Positions 30,493 to 41,442 of a DNA stretch of 64,000 bases are shown in pieces. The notes below the pieces were generated by a model, which was given only the letters and a program-made list of their open reading frames with translations, was not told where the DNA came from and did not search any database. Every line of letters begins with the position of its first letter. Positions within the stretch are counted from its first letter, which is position 1. The translations under genes were made by a program, and so were the position numbers. This stretch comes from Bdellovibrionales bacterium (GTDB lineage: Bacteria > Bdellovibrionota > Bdellovibrionia > Bdellovibrionales > UBA1609), in contig OZ241456.1 of assembly GCA_965200875.1 (NCBI GenBank), forward strand, positions 1,376,001-1,440,000, written 5' to 3'.

Positions 30493-31137
30493 TTATTGAA
30501 AACCATCACAAGGTGCTAGCTTGTTCGCTCCCGGTCCACCTATCTGTTTAGGCGCACCCTCTCTGCATATATTGGATAGGGTTACATTTACATAATCAGA
30601 TAAATCACTATCTTTTTTGTTACACCACATATCAAACATACTTGGGTTACTCCACTGAACACGAGCAATAACCTGAAGTTTTTTTCCTGAAACTTCTTTC
30701 TGTATACTTAAGCAATGATATTGATGCTTTTTCTCCGATGAATCGTCATCACTCCTTGTGTTAATTATGCAATCAGCATCAGTGGGACAATCATAATTCA
30801 ATATTTTTTTTAAGTTTTTTTTAATCTCTGTTTGTGTTGATCCTTCTGCTTTGCAAGGGAACACTAGTTTTTTACCTGCTTGGCAGGGGGGATTTGGTGT
30901 TGGACATTCTGTTTGGTCTGCGGGGTCTGTGCAACGCTGGCATAATTTCCACCCACCATTTGAGACTATACAGGTTGAAAGATTACCCACCCACATCTGA
31001 GAAGATGACTTTATATTTCTTTTCTCATTATCTACCTTTGTGCTTCTATAAGAAACAGTGGCAATCCCGGAAAGAATCCCAACGAGCGTCAGTGTTACCA
31101 GCACTTCAGTAAGCGTAAAACCTGCCTTTGTTTTCAT
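30493..31137 (-). CDS. Type IV prepilin (12 Cys)
   Basis: KAG|FTLTEVLVTLTLVGILSGIA N-methylation/cleavage motif. Confidence 0.9.
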   Translation of the reverse strand: MKTKAGFTLTEVLVTLTLVGILSGIATVSYRSTKVDNEKRNIKSSSQMWVGNLSTCIVSNGGWKLCQRCTDPADQTECPTPNPPCQAGKKLVFPCKAEGSTQTEIKKNLKKILNYDCPTDADCIINTRSDDDSSEKKHQYHCLSIQKEVSGKKLQVIARVQWSNPSMFDMWCNKKDSDLSDYVNVTLSNICREGAPKQIGGPGANKLAPCDGFQ

Positions 31138-31443
31138 ACTTTAAACAACCTGTTTGCTAAAAAATCTGCCTTTGTTTTTATATTTTAAATAAAATGGGAT
31201 ACCCGGTGAAATTGTAAAAGCCATATCAATTATAGATTTTGTATTAATTGCAAAGATACTAGTGTGGTAACACAGCTGTTTGAACCCGTGAGACAAGTAT
31301 GAACAAATCAGCTGATACAACCAAGCAAGGTTTTTCAGATAAAAAATTTTGGTGCTTTCAAAGGATTTTCCAGTTAGTGTGTGTAAGTGTAAAAAAGTTT
31401 TTTGAATGCTGGATATCCAGCTCAGATTATGACGCAGAGTACC

Positions 31444-31453
31444 GGGGGGGGGG
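31444..31453. repeat. G10 homopolymer
   Basis: accGGGGGGGGGGtag in the AT-rich intergenic region upstream of the pilin operon. Confidence 0.95.
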
Positions 31454-31688
31454 TAGTGCTGTTTTTTGTTTCTACAAAATAACTTCATGTTCGGTTTTAT
31501 CGGCAGACTTTCCAAAAAACTTTACCATTTATTTTCTTTTTTGTGGATTCTGGTGCTAATTTTATAGATTCGGGGGCTAATTTCTTATTCTGTCCTGAAA
31601 AATTGCTAAAAAAATCGCTTGTTTTTTGGTTTACTCCCTTTTTATTGATAATTTGGTCATCCATAGAAGTTGATCCTGAATAAATAGT

Positions 31689-31755
31689 ACCCCGTGAAAA
31701 ACCCTTAGTGCTTTAATTATCACACTCTTTTTTCAGGTACTTTCCCACAAAAAGT
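31689..31755 (-). mobile_element. MITE-like repeat, family 1, partial copy C
   Basis: cccgtgaaaaacccttagtgctttaattatcacactc...tactttccc matches the left half of copy B. Confidence 0.65.
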
Positions 31756-31769
31756 GTCCGTGAAAGAAT

Positions 31770-31897
31770 CTCTTTATCAATACTCAACACGAGGCGAGTT
31801 CGGCTTTGAGCACCCCGTGGCTGAAAGACGCGTGCGTGGCAAAACGCATGTTTTCACCTAAGCGGTGAAGTATGAGTAAAGAGCACTTGTCCACTAA
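31770..31897 (+). repeat. Palindromic repeat, family 2, copy 1
   Basis: Core gacgcgtgcgtggcaaaacgcatg followed by cggtgaagtatgagtaaagagcac...ccactaa; degenerate left arm ctctttatcaatactc. Confidence 0.75.
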
Positions 31898-32123
31898 ACA
31901 AACAAGTTCTTCGATTGATTTTCAGGAGTTATGGTGTTATATTTTAAATAAGTCAAACAGTGCAAAAAATAAGGATTATCAGAAGCTTTTGGATAAAGAT
32001 TCTGAGTGGAAGGAGGCTATGATGTATTTGCGTAAGTTTTTGTTGGAGGAGCAACAGCAGGTTGTGGCAGATGCCAAGGAAAAAAACCGCCGTGATCGAG
32101 TGGCGCGTGAAGCTTATGTTTAG
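31895..32123 (+). pseudogene. Probable C-terminal remnant of a PD-(D/E)XK (Rpn-like) nuclease gene
   Basis: LWCYIL...EAMMYLRKF...DAKEKNRRDRVAREAY resembles the C-terminal helices of PDDEXK_2-type proteins. The ORF's ATG (31872) is supplied by the repeat element. Confidence 0.5.
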
Positions 32124-32160
32124 GAAGACAAAAGAACATCTGCTTTTCTGAGGAGGTTTT

Positions 32161-34226
<2,066 letters not shown>

Positions 34227-34322
34227 AGTATCATAAATCAACAAAACAATGGTAATGAACAATGATTACAACACTCTCATACACATAAACATAATAGGTA
34301 CATATTTGTTTTTCTCCAGCTT

Positions 34323-34820
34323 TTAATTTTTTGGTTCTTGAATTATTTTAATTTGTTTAATAATTTCGTTTTCTACACAGTTTTTATTTGATTTCTTATC
34401 CAAGAAATACAGAAAAATTTTGTAGTTAAATTTCCCGATAGATGCAACATTTTTTAGATAAAAAAGTCTTTTAACTTTTTTTGACAAATTAAGATAGTTT
34501 GTATGATAATTAATTTCTCCATCTTTTTTATGGCCGGAAAATATCAAGTCAATATCGAAGCTGTGTACTCCATTGGAATAAACATCATACGAGGTAGGAA
34601 TGCCAACATGAAGGTTGCCGTTTTCCAGAAATACAATAAGAGAGGTTTTATTTAATGTTTTTTCTATCATGTTCCGTGTTTCATTGACAGGTTCTATTTG
34701 ATGAAATAAATCAAAAATTTTAAGAACCTTAACAGGTTTTATAAACTGCAAAAACTTCCTATAAGATATGCTGTTACACAAACTAAAAGTAATCCCCTGA
34801 AGGACATCTGGCTGATGCAC
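34323..34820 (-). CDS. Hypothetical protein, possibly the 3' part of a frameshifted gene
   Basis: Very AT-rich ORF; hydrophobic short ORFs in other frames lie just upstream (to about 35020). Confidence 0.35.
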   Translation of the reverse strand: MHQPDVLQGITFSLCNSISYRKFLQFIKPVKVLKIFDLFHQIEPVNETRNMIEKTLNKTSLIVFLENGNLHVGIPTSYDVYSNGVHSFDIDLIFSGHKKDGEINYHTNYLNLSKKVKRLFYLKNVASIGKFNYKIFLYFLDKKSNKNCVENEIIKQIKIIQEPKN

Positions 34821-35052
34821 TCTGCAATTTGTTTGATATTGAAATAATCACATTTTAAATCAAAAAATAAACTACGACCGATATACAAGAGTATATAAAG
34901 AGAATAGGCAGGAATACCCATTGAGAGAAAATATTAATTTGTTTTCTACGCTGACTATGAATATAACCAAGATATGTAAAAAAGGAAGGGATGATAAAAA
35001 AAGCCAGTTCAAACATAAAAATATTACTAGAAATGAAGTTTAAATTATAAGA

Positions 35053-35256
35053 TTATTTTTGTTCGTCTTGAATCTCTTTGTATACTTCAGCCATTCTTTT
35101 TATTATTCTTTTTCTATTTTCTCGAAGGCTCTCTTCGTCCCCCTTAACTATCCCGCTAACTATACTACCTTCATAGGTGATTATGGGTTTGATCAATTTA
35201 ACTCCATCAACCACAATCTCTTCTCTATTTTCAAGTGAGGTTGGTTTTTTTTTCAT
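35053..35256 (-). CDS. Small hypothetical protein (67 aa)
   Basis: ATG at 35256 preceded by SD-like ggggag; charged, protein-like composition. Confidence 0.55.
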   Translation of the reverse strand: MKKKPTSLENREEIVVDGVKLIKPIITYEGSIVSGIVKGDEESLRENRKRIIKRMAEVYKEIQDEQK

Positions 35257-35550
35257 TATTGATTCTCCCCTGACACAAAATTTTATTATAGCAGTAACTC
35301 TTGACTCGCTTTGATTTTTGCCATATTTGACATAATTAATTTTATTGTGCCAATTTTGACTTTGAAAATCAAGCCTTAAACCGGAAAAATAGAGACTAAA
35401 GCACCACAAAACCAAACTTTTCACTGTGATCTCACACTTTATTTGATTCAGCTTTTAATCTATCTCTTCTTTAATAGGCAAAAAAATTACCTAAACTTAA
35501 TGTGTGAAACCCGGCTGAAGCCATAGCAGATGAGATTACATATTGAATAA

Positions 35551-37971
35551 TCATGATATATTCTTTTTTACTAAAGATAAAACAAGCAAAGCATGAATAA
35601 CACAAACAGCTATCATCCTATTAAAATTTTCGGCAGGAAAGTGCCCGTGGCAAATCATGTTTCTTATGTTCAGCCCTCTTTTGTCGACAAATAAAACCTG
35701 AAAGTAATCCGGTACACTTATGTTGTTTTTAAAAAAATTAGTAAATATAGGGTCTCTGATAAGAGCACCAAAGGGTCTTAACTCAAAGCCTTTTTCTTTA
35801 GGAGAGCAGTCAGTCTGATAGATTTGACCTCCATTAACAGCTATTAAATGTCTGATGGCTGACTCAATTTGAGGCAAAAGTATAGAACAACTTGCAATAT
35901 AGTTTTCATCAAAAAAAAGCTTTAAGCCTTCTTTAATGATCTGATGATGTGCTTCTGGAAATACAGGTGACTTAAGCAAATGTTCTGAAAGAGTATGAGC
36001 ATTAAGAGATTTTGTTTTTTGTAGATGACTTAAACCCATATCAATAAAAATACAATTATAGCTAATTTCTTGAGATATATGCTGAACAATATGTCCTTCC
36101 AAGTCATCTTTTATAGGTCCTACTTCAGCTGTTGTTCTTCCTGTATGATCCATAATCTGATGAGAGAACATAAATCTGATAGGATGTTCTTTTGCGAGTG
36201 TACAAACTGTCTCTTGAGCTTTTTTTTTATCAGGAATAAAGTTTGTGGATATGACCAATAATGCTTCAGATAGAGAGTTTTTGTCTAATTTTTTTTGAAT
36301 TTGCTCCTGTGGCAGTGGAATAGCTACCGATACAGGTTTTAGCTCTTTTAAACTTTCTTTTTGCAAGTCACGCATTCTTGGTTCCAGTTCTTTTGCCTCT
36401 TCAGATAGTCCATACTGGCGAAGTATTTGTTCCACTTTTTTTAACATAGTAGCTCCGATCATTATTGGCAAAGGGCCATGTAAAAAAGAATCCCGGTATA
36501 TGAGTAAAACTCTTTTCATGTTTTCCTGATCATTTTTATTTTTATAATAGGGTGCTAATTTTACAACGATAAGCTCAACAGAGTGCGAATCAAAGGTGTT
36601 TGGGTCTTTAGCAGAAAAACATTTTAATTTTCTTTCAAGCTCTTCTATAATTTGCTTTTCTTGTTTTTTTTCCAAGGGGATTTTCTGAAATAAATTTTTA
36701 TCTCCTATTAAAAGATCATAAGAATACCCCCATGTTCCGGCTTTATCATCTTCAGAGTGTTTTTTTTCATACTTGATAATAATATCTCTTAAATACAAAA
36801 CTCTCTCCTTGTCATCGAGAGAGATAGCCAACCTTAAAGCTCTTTCCAGTTGTTTTTGTAAATGAGAACTTTTTTGGTCAATCTCCGCTTGCTGTATGGC
36901 TGAATCAATAAACCTACGCGCAATAACTATATCTGGCTTTTTGTTTCTGATTTTTTTTGAGAAATCCCATACCAACCCGCCATATCGGTATTGGAGAATC
37001 GGACTTTTTACTTCATCAGACCTTTTTTCCCAATAGTTTATCATTTCAGGTGTAATATCTTTAATATTGGGGTTAGATATAAGGTTCCCGGTTTCTTTGT
37101 CTGTGAAGGTAACAGGAGGTACATAGTGCAAGCCTTCCCAACCAAGAGTGGCTTTATCCGGTTGCCATGTTTCTATAAGAGAAAAAGCTGTCTTTTCAAA
37201 AAATAAATGAGGTATGGATTGTAAACGATCCTCACCGGTTGTTTCTTTTATAAACTCACGAATTTTATCATTAATTATATGCTCAATTAAAAAGTCCGGG
37301 GTTGTAAGTTCATTTAAAACTGCGTACAGATCTTGCATTATTTTTCTTTGGAAAAATTGCTCGACAAAGATTTTTTTTTGCTCTTGAATTTTTTTGCCAG
37401 TGTGTTTTATTTTATCCAAGGTCATTTTGGGATATTGAAAATAATCAGCTATTTTTTTTAAAACATCCCTTCCGGTGGTTTTGTTGTTTTCTATCCGGTA
37501 GACAGTGGAAGAGGAAATATCAAATAAATTGGCAAATTCCCTTATGGAAAGGCCCAAGCTCTTTCTGAAAGATCGTAAATCTTCCGCAGAAAACTTTTTT
37601 TGCTCTTGAACTGGTTCAAATACAAAAGGGGTGATAGGGCTTTTTTTTCCGAAGGCACTTAGCAACATAAAAGGATCTTTTTCAAAAGGACTTAGGCCCA
37701 CATCACGACAGTATTCCTTATAAGCCGGATTTTTTTGGGAAGGGATCCTGTCTGCAAAAGAGGGGAAAAGTTTTAAAGAAACATGCCGTGCTTTTTTCAA
37801 AGGCAAATCCGGTCCTATAGCAATAGGGTTTTCACTATAAAGATAAGCCTTGTCATACTCAAAAACAAACTTCCCTTTTTGCCGGCTTAACCGGCCTACA
37901 TACGAACGGGTTTTGCGTCTTTCCAAATAAAAATCCAACGGTTTATATAATAATCTGTTTTTAGTTTTCAT
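35551..37971 (-). CDS. Fusion of HipA N-terminal (HipS-like) domain, XRE HTH and DUF4209/HEPN-like domain
   Basis: VGRL...FVFEY...LFPSFADRIP (HipA-N); LRSFRKSLGLSIREFANLFDISSSTVYRIE (HTH); LPQIE...GLNIRNMICHG (Rx4H). Confidence 0.78.
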   Translation of the reverse strand: MKTKNRLLYKPLDFYLERRKTRSYVGRLSRQKGKFVFEYDKAYLYSENPIAIGPDLPLKKARHVSLKLFPSFADRIPSQKNPAYKEYCRDVGLSPFEKDPFMLLSAFGKKSPITPFVFEPVQEQKKFSAEDLRSFRKSLGLSIREFANLFDISSSTVYRIENNKTTGRDVLKKIADYFQYPKMTLDKIKHTGKKIQEQKKIFVEQFFQRKIMQDLYAVLNELTTPDFLIEHIINDKIREFIKETTGEDRLQSIPHLFFEKTAFSLIETWQPDKATLGWEGLHYVPPVTFTDKETGNLISNPNIKDITPEMINYWEKRSDEVKSPILQYRYGGLVWDFSKKIRNKKPDIVIARRFIDSAIQQAEIDQKSSHLQKQLERALRLAISLDDKERVLYLRDIIIKYEKKHSEDDKAGTWGYSYDLLIGDKNLFQKIPLEKKQEKQIIEELERKLKCFSAKDPNTFDSHSVELIVVKLAPYYKNKNDQENMKRVLLIYRDSFLHGPLPIMIGATMLKKVEQILRQYGLSEEAKELEPRMRDLQKESLKELKPVSVAIPLPQEQIQKKLDKNSLSEALLVISTNFIPDKKKAQETVCTLAKEHPIRFMFSHQIMDHTGRTTAEVGPIKDDLEGHIVQHISQEISYNCIFIDMGLSHLQKTKSLNAHTLSEHLLKSPVFPEAHHQIIKEGLKLFFDENYIASCSILLPQIESAIRHLIAVNGGQIYQTDCSPKEKGFELRPFGALIRDPIFTNFFKNNISVPDYFQVLFVDKRGLNIRNMICHGHFPAENFNRMIAVCVIHALLVLSLVKKNIS

Positions 37972-38038
37972 ATTTTTAATGTTACCTTTTTGGTTCAGGC
38001 TTTTTTAATGCCACTTTTTAGTTAAAGTCTTTAACTTC

Positions 38039-39031
38039 TTAGCTGTTACCTCTTTTTTTCAGTTTTTTTAAATCTTCCAAGCGATTTTTCAAATAATTGA
38101 CAAAGGATTTTTTTCTTTTCTCTGAAATTTCAGAGAGCTTTATCTCCTCCATTAATAAGGGAAATTGACGAATAACTTTTTTAGCAAACTTCAAACAAGC
38201 TGTTTCTAAATTTAACCTTTTAAATTCTTTCAGATAATCATTGGTCTTTGGTTCTTTTGAGTTAGAGGTCCAAATATAACCACTAAAGTTAAACTGGGGG
38301 CCCAGCATTTTTTCATCTTGCACTCCAAAATTAGAGGGATTATCATACATGGGAGCAAGCTGTCTTTTTTTGCCAGTGTCTATGATGCCTAAATTTCTAC
38401 CATGCCGATCTCCATTTCCAATAAAGGAATCAAAAAGGCAGATTTCTACAAATGTTTCCACATCTCTTAATCTGCTTGTTTTCTCTTGGATAACCTTTAT
38501 TAAGGTTTCACAATTATAATGGCTTTTAGGTACATATTTATAGAGATGGTGTAAGCTTCCAACAGTACCTTGCATAAAATTTTTAGTGACAAAAGTTATC
38601 AGCTTCTCTGACTCTTGTTCTTCTTTATTCATTTTAGTAGTCGTAGCTTTATTTTTTGTATTGCTCTCATCTGAAAACAGGATTAAATAATATTCCGGCA
38701 CCTTCAAATTCAGAAGAGAGGCTATCTGATTACAAAGATATTCCATAGCTGGCAAGTCAGGAAACCCTGGTTCCTCAACTTTTAAGATGTATTGTTGGTC
38801 TCCAAGTTTGGCTGAATATTTGCGATATCGACCATGATAAAAACTGTCTTTATTTGTTGTGAATGTGGCAGAATGAGAAGAGGAGTAAGATGTTGTTTTT
38901 TTGAAATCCAGGTCATAAAATTCAGACGAATCCTGTACAGCAAACCACTTTTGAAAGCAGTCTGTATGTAGACCATAAATACTTTGATGTTCAATGGATT
39001 TATGGCATTTAAAACATTTGTGTTTTTTCAT
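38039..39031 (-). CDS. HipA/HipT-like Ser/Thr kinase
   Basis: N-terminal CxxC...HxxC, YILK, EYLC, FDSFIGNGDRHGRN and LAPMYD motifs. Confidence 0.88.
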   Translation of the reverse strand: MKKHKCFKCHKSIEHQSIYGLHTDCFQKWFAVQDSSEFYDLDFKKTTSYSSSHSATFTTNKDSFYHGRYRKYSAKLGDQQYILKVEEPGFPDLPAMEYLCNQIASLLNLKVPEYYLILFSDESNTKNKATTTKMNKEEQESEKLITFVTKNFMQGTVGSLHHLYKYVPKSHYNCETLIKVIQEKTSRLRDVETFVEICLFDSFIGNGDRHGRNLGIIDTGKKRQLAPMYDNPSNFGVQDEKMLGPQFNFSGYIWTSNSKEPKTNDYLKEFKRLNLETACLKFAKKVIRQFPLLMEEIKLSEISEKRKKSFVNYLKNRLEDLKKLKKRGNS

Positions 39032-39033
39032 AA

Positions 39034-39078
39034 TGTAGTCAATATACTACAAAATTATTTTGTAGTCAAATGACTATA
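39034..39078 (-). promoter_or_regulatory. Sigma-70 promoter overlapped by two 18-bp palindromic operators
   Basis: Minus strand TTGACT-N17-TATATT (39069-39041); operators TGTAGTCAATATACTACA (39034-39051) and TGTAGTCAAATGACTATA (39061-39078). Confidence 0.8.
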
Positions 39079-39284
39079 AATTTTTAAAGTAAGGACAAAA
39101 ATCAAGAATAATGGCCTTTATTCAAAGTTTTTTTCCAAAGTTTCAGATTAGAGAAGGTTTATAGAACATTGGTATTGAGATAAATACTGTCACATTTTTA
39201 ATAAAAACTTAATAAAAATGCGGTAAAGCTTGATTTGCTATTATTGACTTGTGAACCATTTTTCTTTATTCTGGATAAGTATAA

Positions 39285-39752
39285 ATGAACCACATCCCCG
39301 GAGGAATGTCAGTGTCGGATTCAAAAAAAGAACCAGTCACTCAAGCCGATTTTTCATTATTTAAACAGGAAATGAAACATGAGTTTATGTCATTTAAGAA
39401 AGATATGAAACATGAGTTTATGTCATTTCAAGACAATATGAATGGTCAGTTTAAGCTATATCTCTCACAGATAGATTCAAAAACAGCAGAAGTGATAAAT
39501 AAGCATGTGGATAAATTTAAATGGTGGGCTGTTGGTATTGGTTCGCTTTTTGTTATAGCTTTCTTTACTTATTTTGAAGTTATGCGCACAAAAGTAGACC
39601 AATTAAATAGTGAGCGTATAGCGAGAGTGGAAGAAGCTTATACCTTTATGAATCAATATGTAATGGGAGTATTACAAGACCAAAAAAAAGATAAGGAACA
39701 ATCTGACTCTCCTCTATCCATAAAAAGAAAAACAAAACGGCTAGGAAAATAA
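39285..39752 (+). CDS. Coiled-coil protein with an 11-aa tandem repeat and one TM helix
   Basis: VTQADF...EMKHEFMSFKK DMKHEFMSFQD...KWWAVGIGSLFVIAFF; architecture like CCDC90/DUF1640/Bdr proteins. Confidence 0.65.
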   Translation: MNHIPGGMSVSDSKKEPVTQADFSLFKQEMKHEFMSFKKDMKHEFMSFQDNMNGQFKLYLSQIDSKTAEVINKHVDKFKWWAVGIGSLFVIAFFTYFEVMRTKVDQLNSERIARVEEAYTFMNQYVMGVLQDQKKDKEQSDSPLSIKRKTKRLGK

Positions 39753-39860
39753 ATTTACTGGCGGTTTTCAACATAACACCCCTTGGGCAAAACGGTTGTA
39801 GCATGAACGCGTTTTTTCATTTTTTTTAGAAATTAAGGAATCGGTTCTTAATAAGTCTGT

Positions 39861-39930
39861 TTATTGTGGAGTGCTCTTTACCATACTTCATTGCACGATC
39901 TCAAACATGCGGGTTTTCCACGCACGCGTC
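39861..39930 (-). repeat. Palindromic repeat, family 2, copy 2 (half element)
   Basis: Reverse complement reads gacgcgtgcgtggaaaacccgcatg...tgaagtatggtaaagagcactccac. Confidence 0.7.
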
Positions 39931-39975
39931 TAATTGTAAAGCCCGGCTGATATAAGTACCAAAGTAAAAAAAAAA

Positions 39976-40878
39976 TTAATCTACAACAACAAAACCGCTT
40001 ATCTCTTGTGAGATTAAATAATTCTGTTGTAGTTCTGTGACTTTCGCATCGGTAAAATTCGCCTTGCTCAAATAACGAGCCTTTTGCAAATGCCTCACAT
40101 GACGCAGATCCGCCTCAGTCAAATTCGCATTGGTAAAATCCGCCCCATTTAAATTCGCGTAACGCATATCTGCCCCAGTCAAATTCGCATTATTCAAATT
40201 CGCTTGCTGCAAAATTGCATTGAACAAATTCGCTTGTTGCAAATTCGTATGGCTCAAATTTGCCTCGTGAAACCTTGTATTGTGCAAATCCGCTTCACGC
40301 AAAATTGCATAGCTCAAATTCGCCTCGCGCAAAAATGACCCGCTTAAATTCGCTTCGGCTAAATTCGCTCCAACCAAATTCGCATTACGCAAATCCACAC
40401 TGTATAAATACGCCTGAGATAGGTTGCAATTATGGACACCTGGTTGCTTTATATATTCTTTATAATTATCGACATTACAGACTGGAGCACCAGTGCCAGC
40501 TGGAGTACTTGCGCCCGGTTGAGTACCTGCACCTGCTGGGTTAGTCCCTGCTTCTGGGTGAGTGCCTGCTTCTGGGTGAGTGCCTGCTTCTGGGTTAGTC
40601 CCTGCTTCTGGTTGAGTGCCTGCTTCTGGGTTAGTCCCTGTTTCCGTTGAACCACCTGCACCCGTGGGAGTACTAGCATCTGGTTTAGCATTTGCGCCGG
40701 TTGAACCTGCATCTTTTTTTTCACAACCTAAAGAAAATAAGCTTAAAAATAATAAAACCAGTATAGTTTTCAGAACAAAATTATTAAAGTGTGGAATCTT
40801 TATAAGACTGTTTTTGGTTTGGATAAAAGCTTCTCTCCAAATAAAATCTGTCACTATTATAAATTTCATCAGTTTCAT
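39976..40878 (-). CDS. Pentapeptide-repeat lipoprotein (paralogue 2)
   Basis: Nearly the same N-terminus as 26172, TNPEAG repeats, pentapeptide repeats, shared ISGFVVV C-terminus. Confidence 0.88.
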   Translation of the reverse strand: MKLMKFIIVTDFIWREAFIQTKNSLIKIPHFNNFVLKTILVLLFLSLFSLGCEKKDAGSTGANAKPDASTPTGAGGSTETGTNPEAGTQPEAGTNPEAGTHPEAGTHPEAGTNPAGAGTQPGASTPAGTGAPVCNVDNYKEYIKQPGVHNCNLSQAYLYSVDLRNANLVGANLAEANLSGSFLREANLSYAILREADLHNTRFHEANLSHTNLQQANLFNAILQQANLNNANLTGADMRYANLNGADFTNANLTEADLRHVRHLQKARYLSKANFTDAKVTELQQNYLISQEISGFVVVD

Positions 40879-41142
40879 AAAAAAACCTCCTTGTTAATTT
40901 GCAAAAAAATGTCATTTAATATGGATATTCCCAGACTAACGGGGGGTGGTAAAAAGTCAAGAAATAAAAGCCAATGTGAGTAAAAAACAGTTAGAACTGG
41001 CTTTCAGTCGCTTATCTTTGTAACACTCTAGGAATCGGAGAATAGGAAAAAGGTTGTCCAACCTGTATAATGGCAAAAGGTTCATTTAATTCTGTAAATT
41101 TTAGACTCGGCTAAAGTGCGAACGCAGAATGAAATATTGGTA

Positions 41143-41442
41143 TTAAGAATTGTTTTTCAGCTTTTTGATCTCCTCTTCAGAAAGACCTGTCATCTCAGAA
41201 ATAAAAGAAAGCTTTAATTTGCTTTTTAGCATATTAAGTACCACTTCCTGACGACCTTCCTGATGACCTTCTTGACGACCTTCCTGTCGACCTTTCTGCA
41301 TGCCTTCTTGCATACCCTCTTGTAAACCTTCCTGACGACCCTTTTGCATACCTTCTTGTATTCCTTTTTGCATACCTTCTCTTAGACCTTTCTGCATGCC
41401 TTCTTGTATGCCCACTAATTTAATCTCTTCTCTTATGTCCAT
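41143..41442 (-). CDS. Putative intragenic small Rpn product (99 aa, antitoxin-like)
   Basis: In-frame ATG at 41442 preceded by aagAGGAGGttat. Confidence 0.65.
   Translation of the reverse strand: MDIREEIKLVGIQEGMQKGLREGMQKGIQEGMQKGRQEGLQEGMQEGMQKGRQEGRQEGHQEGRQEVVLNMLKSKLKLSFISEMTGLSEEEIKKLKNNS

Noticed and set aside
31150..31175. Possible sigma-54 promoter for the pilin gene
   Set aside because: GG-to-GC spacing is 11 rather than the required 10.
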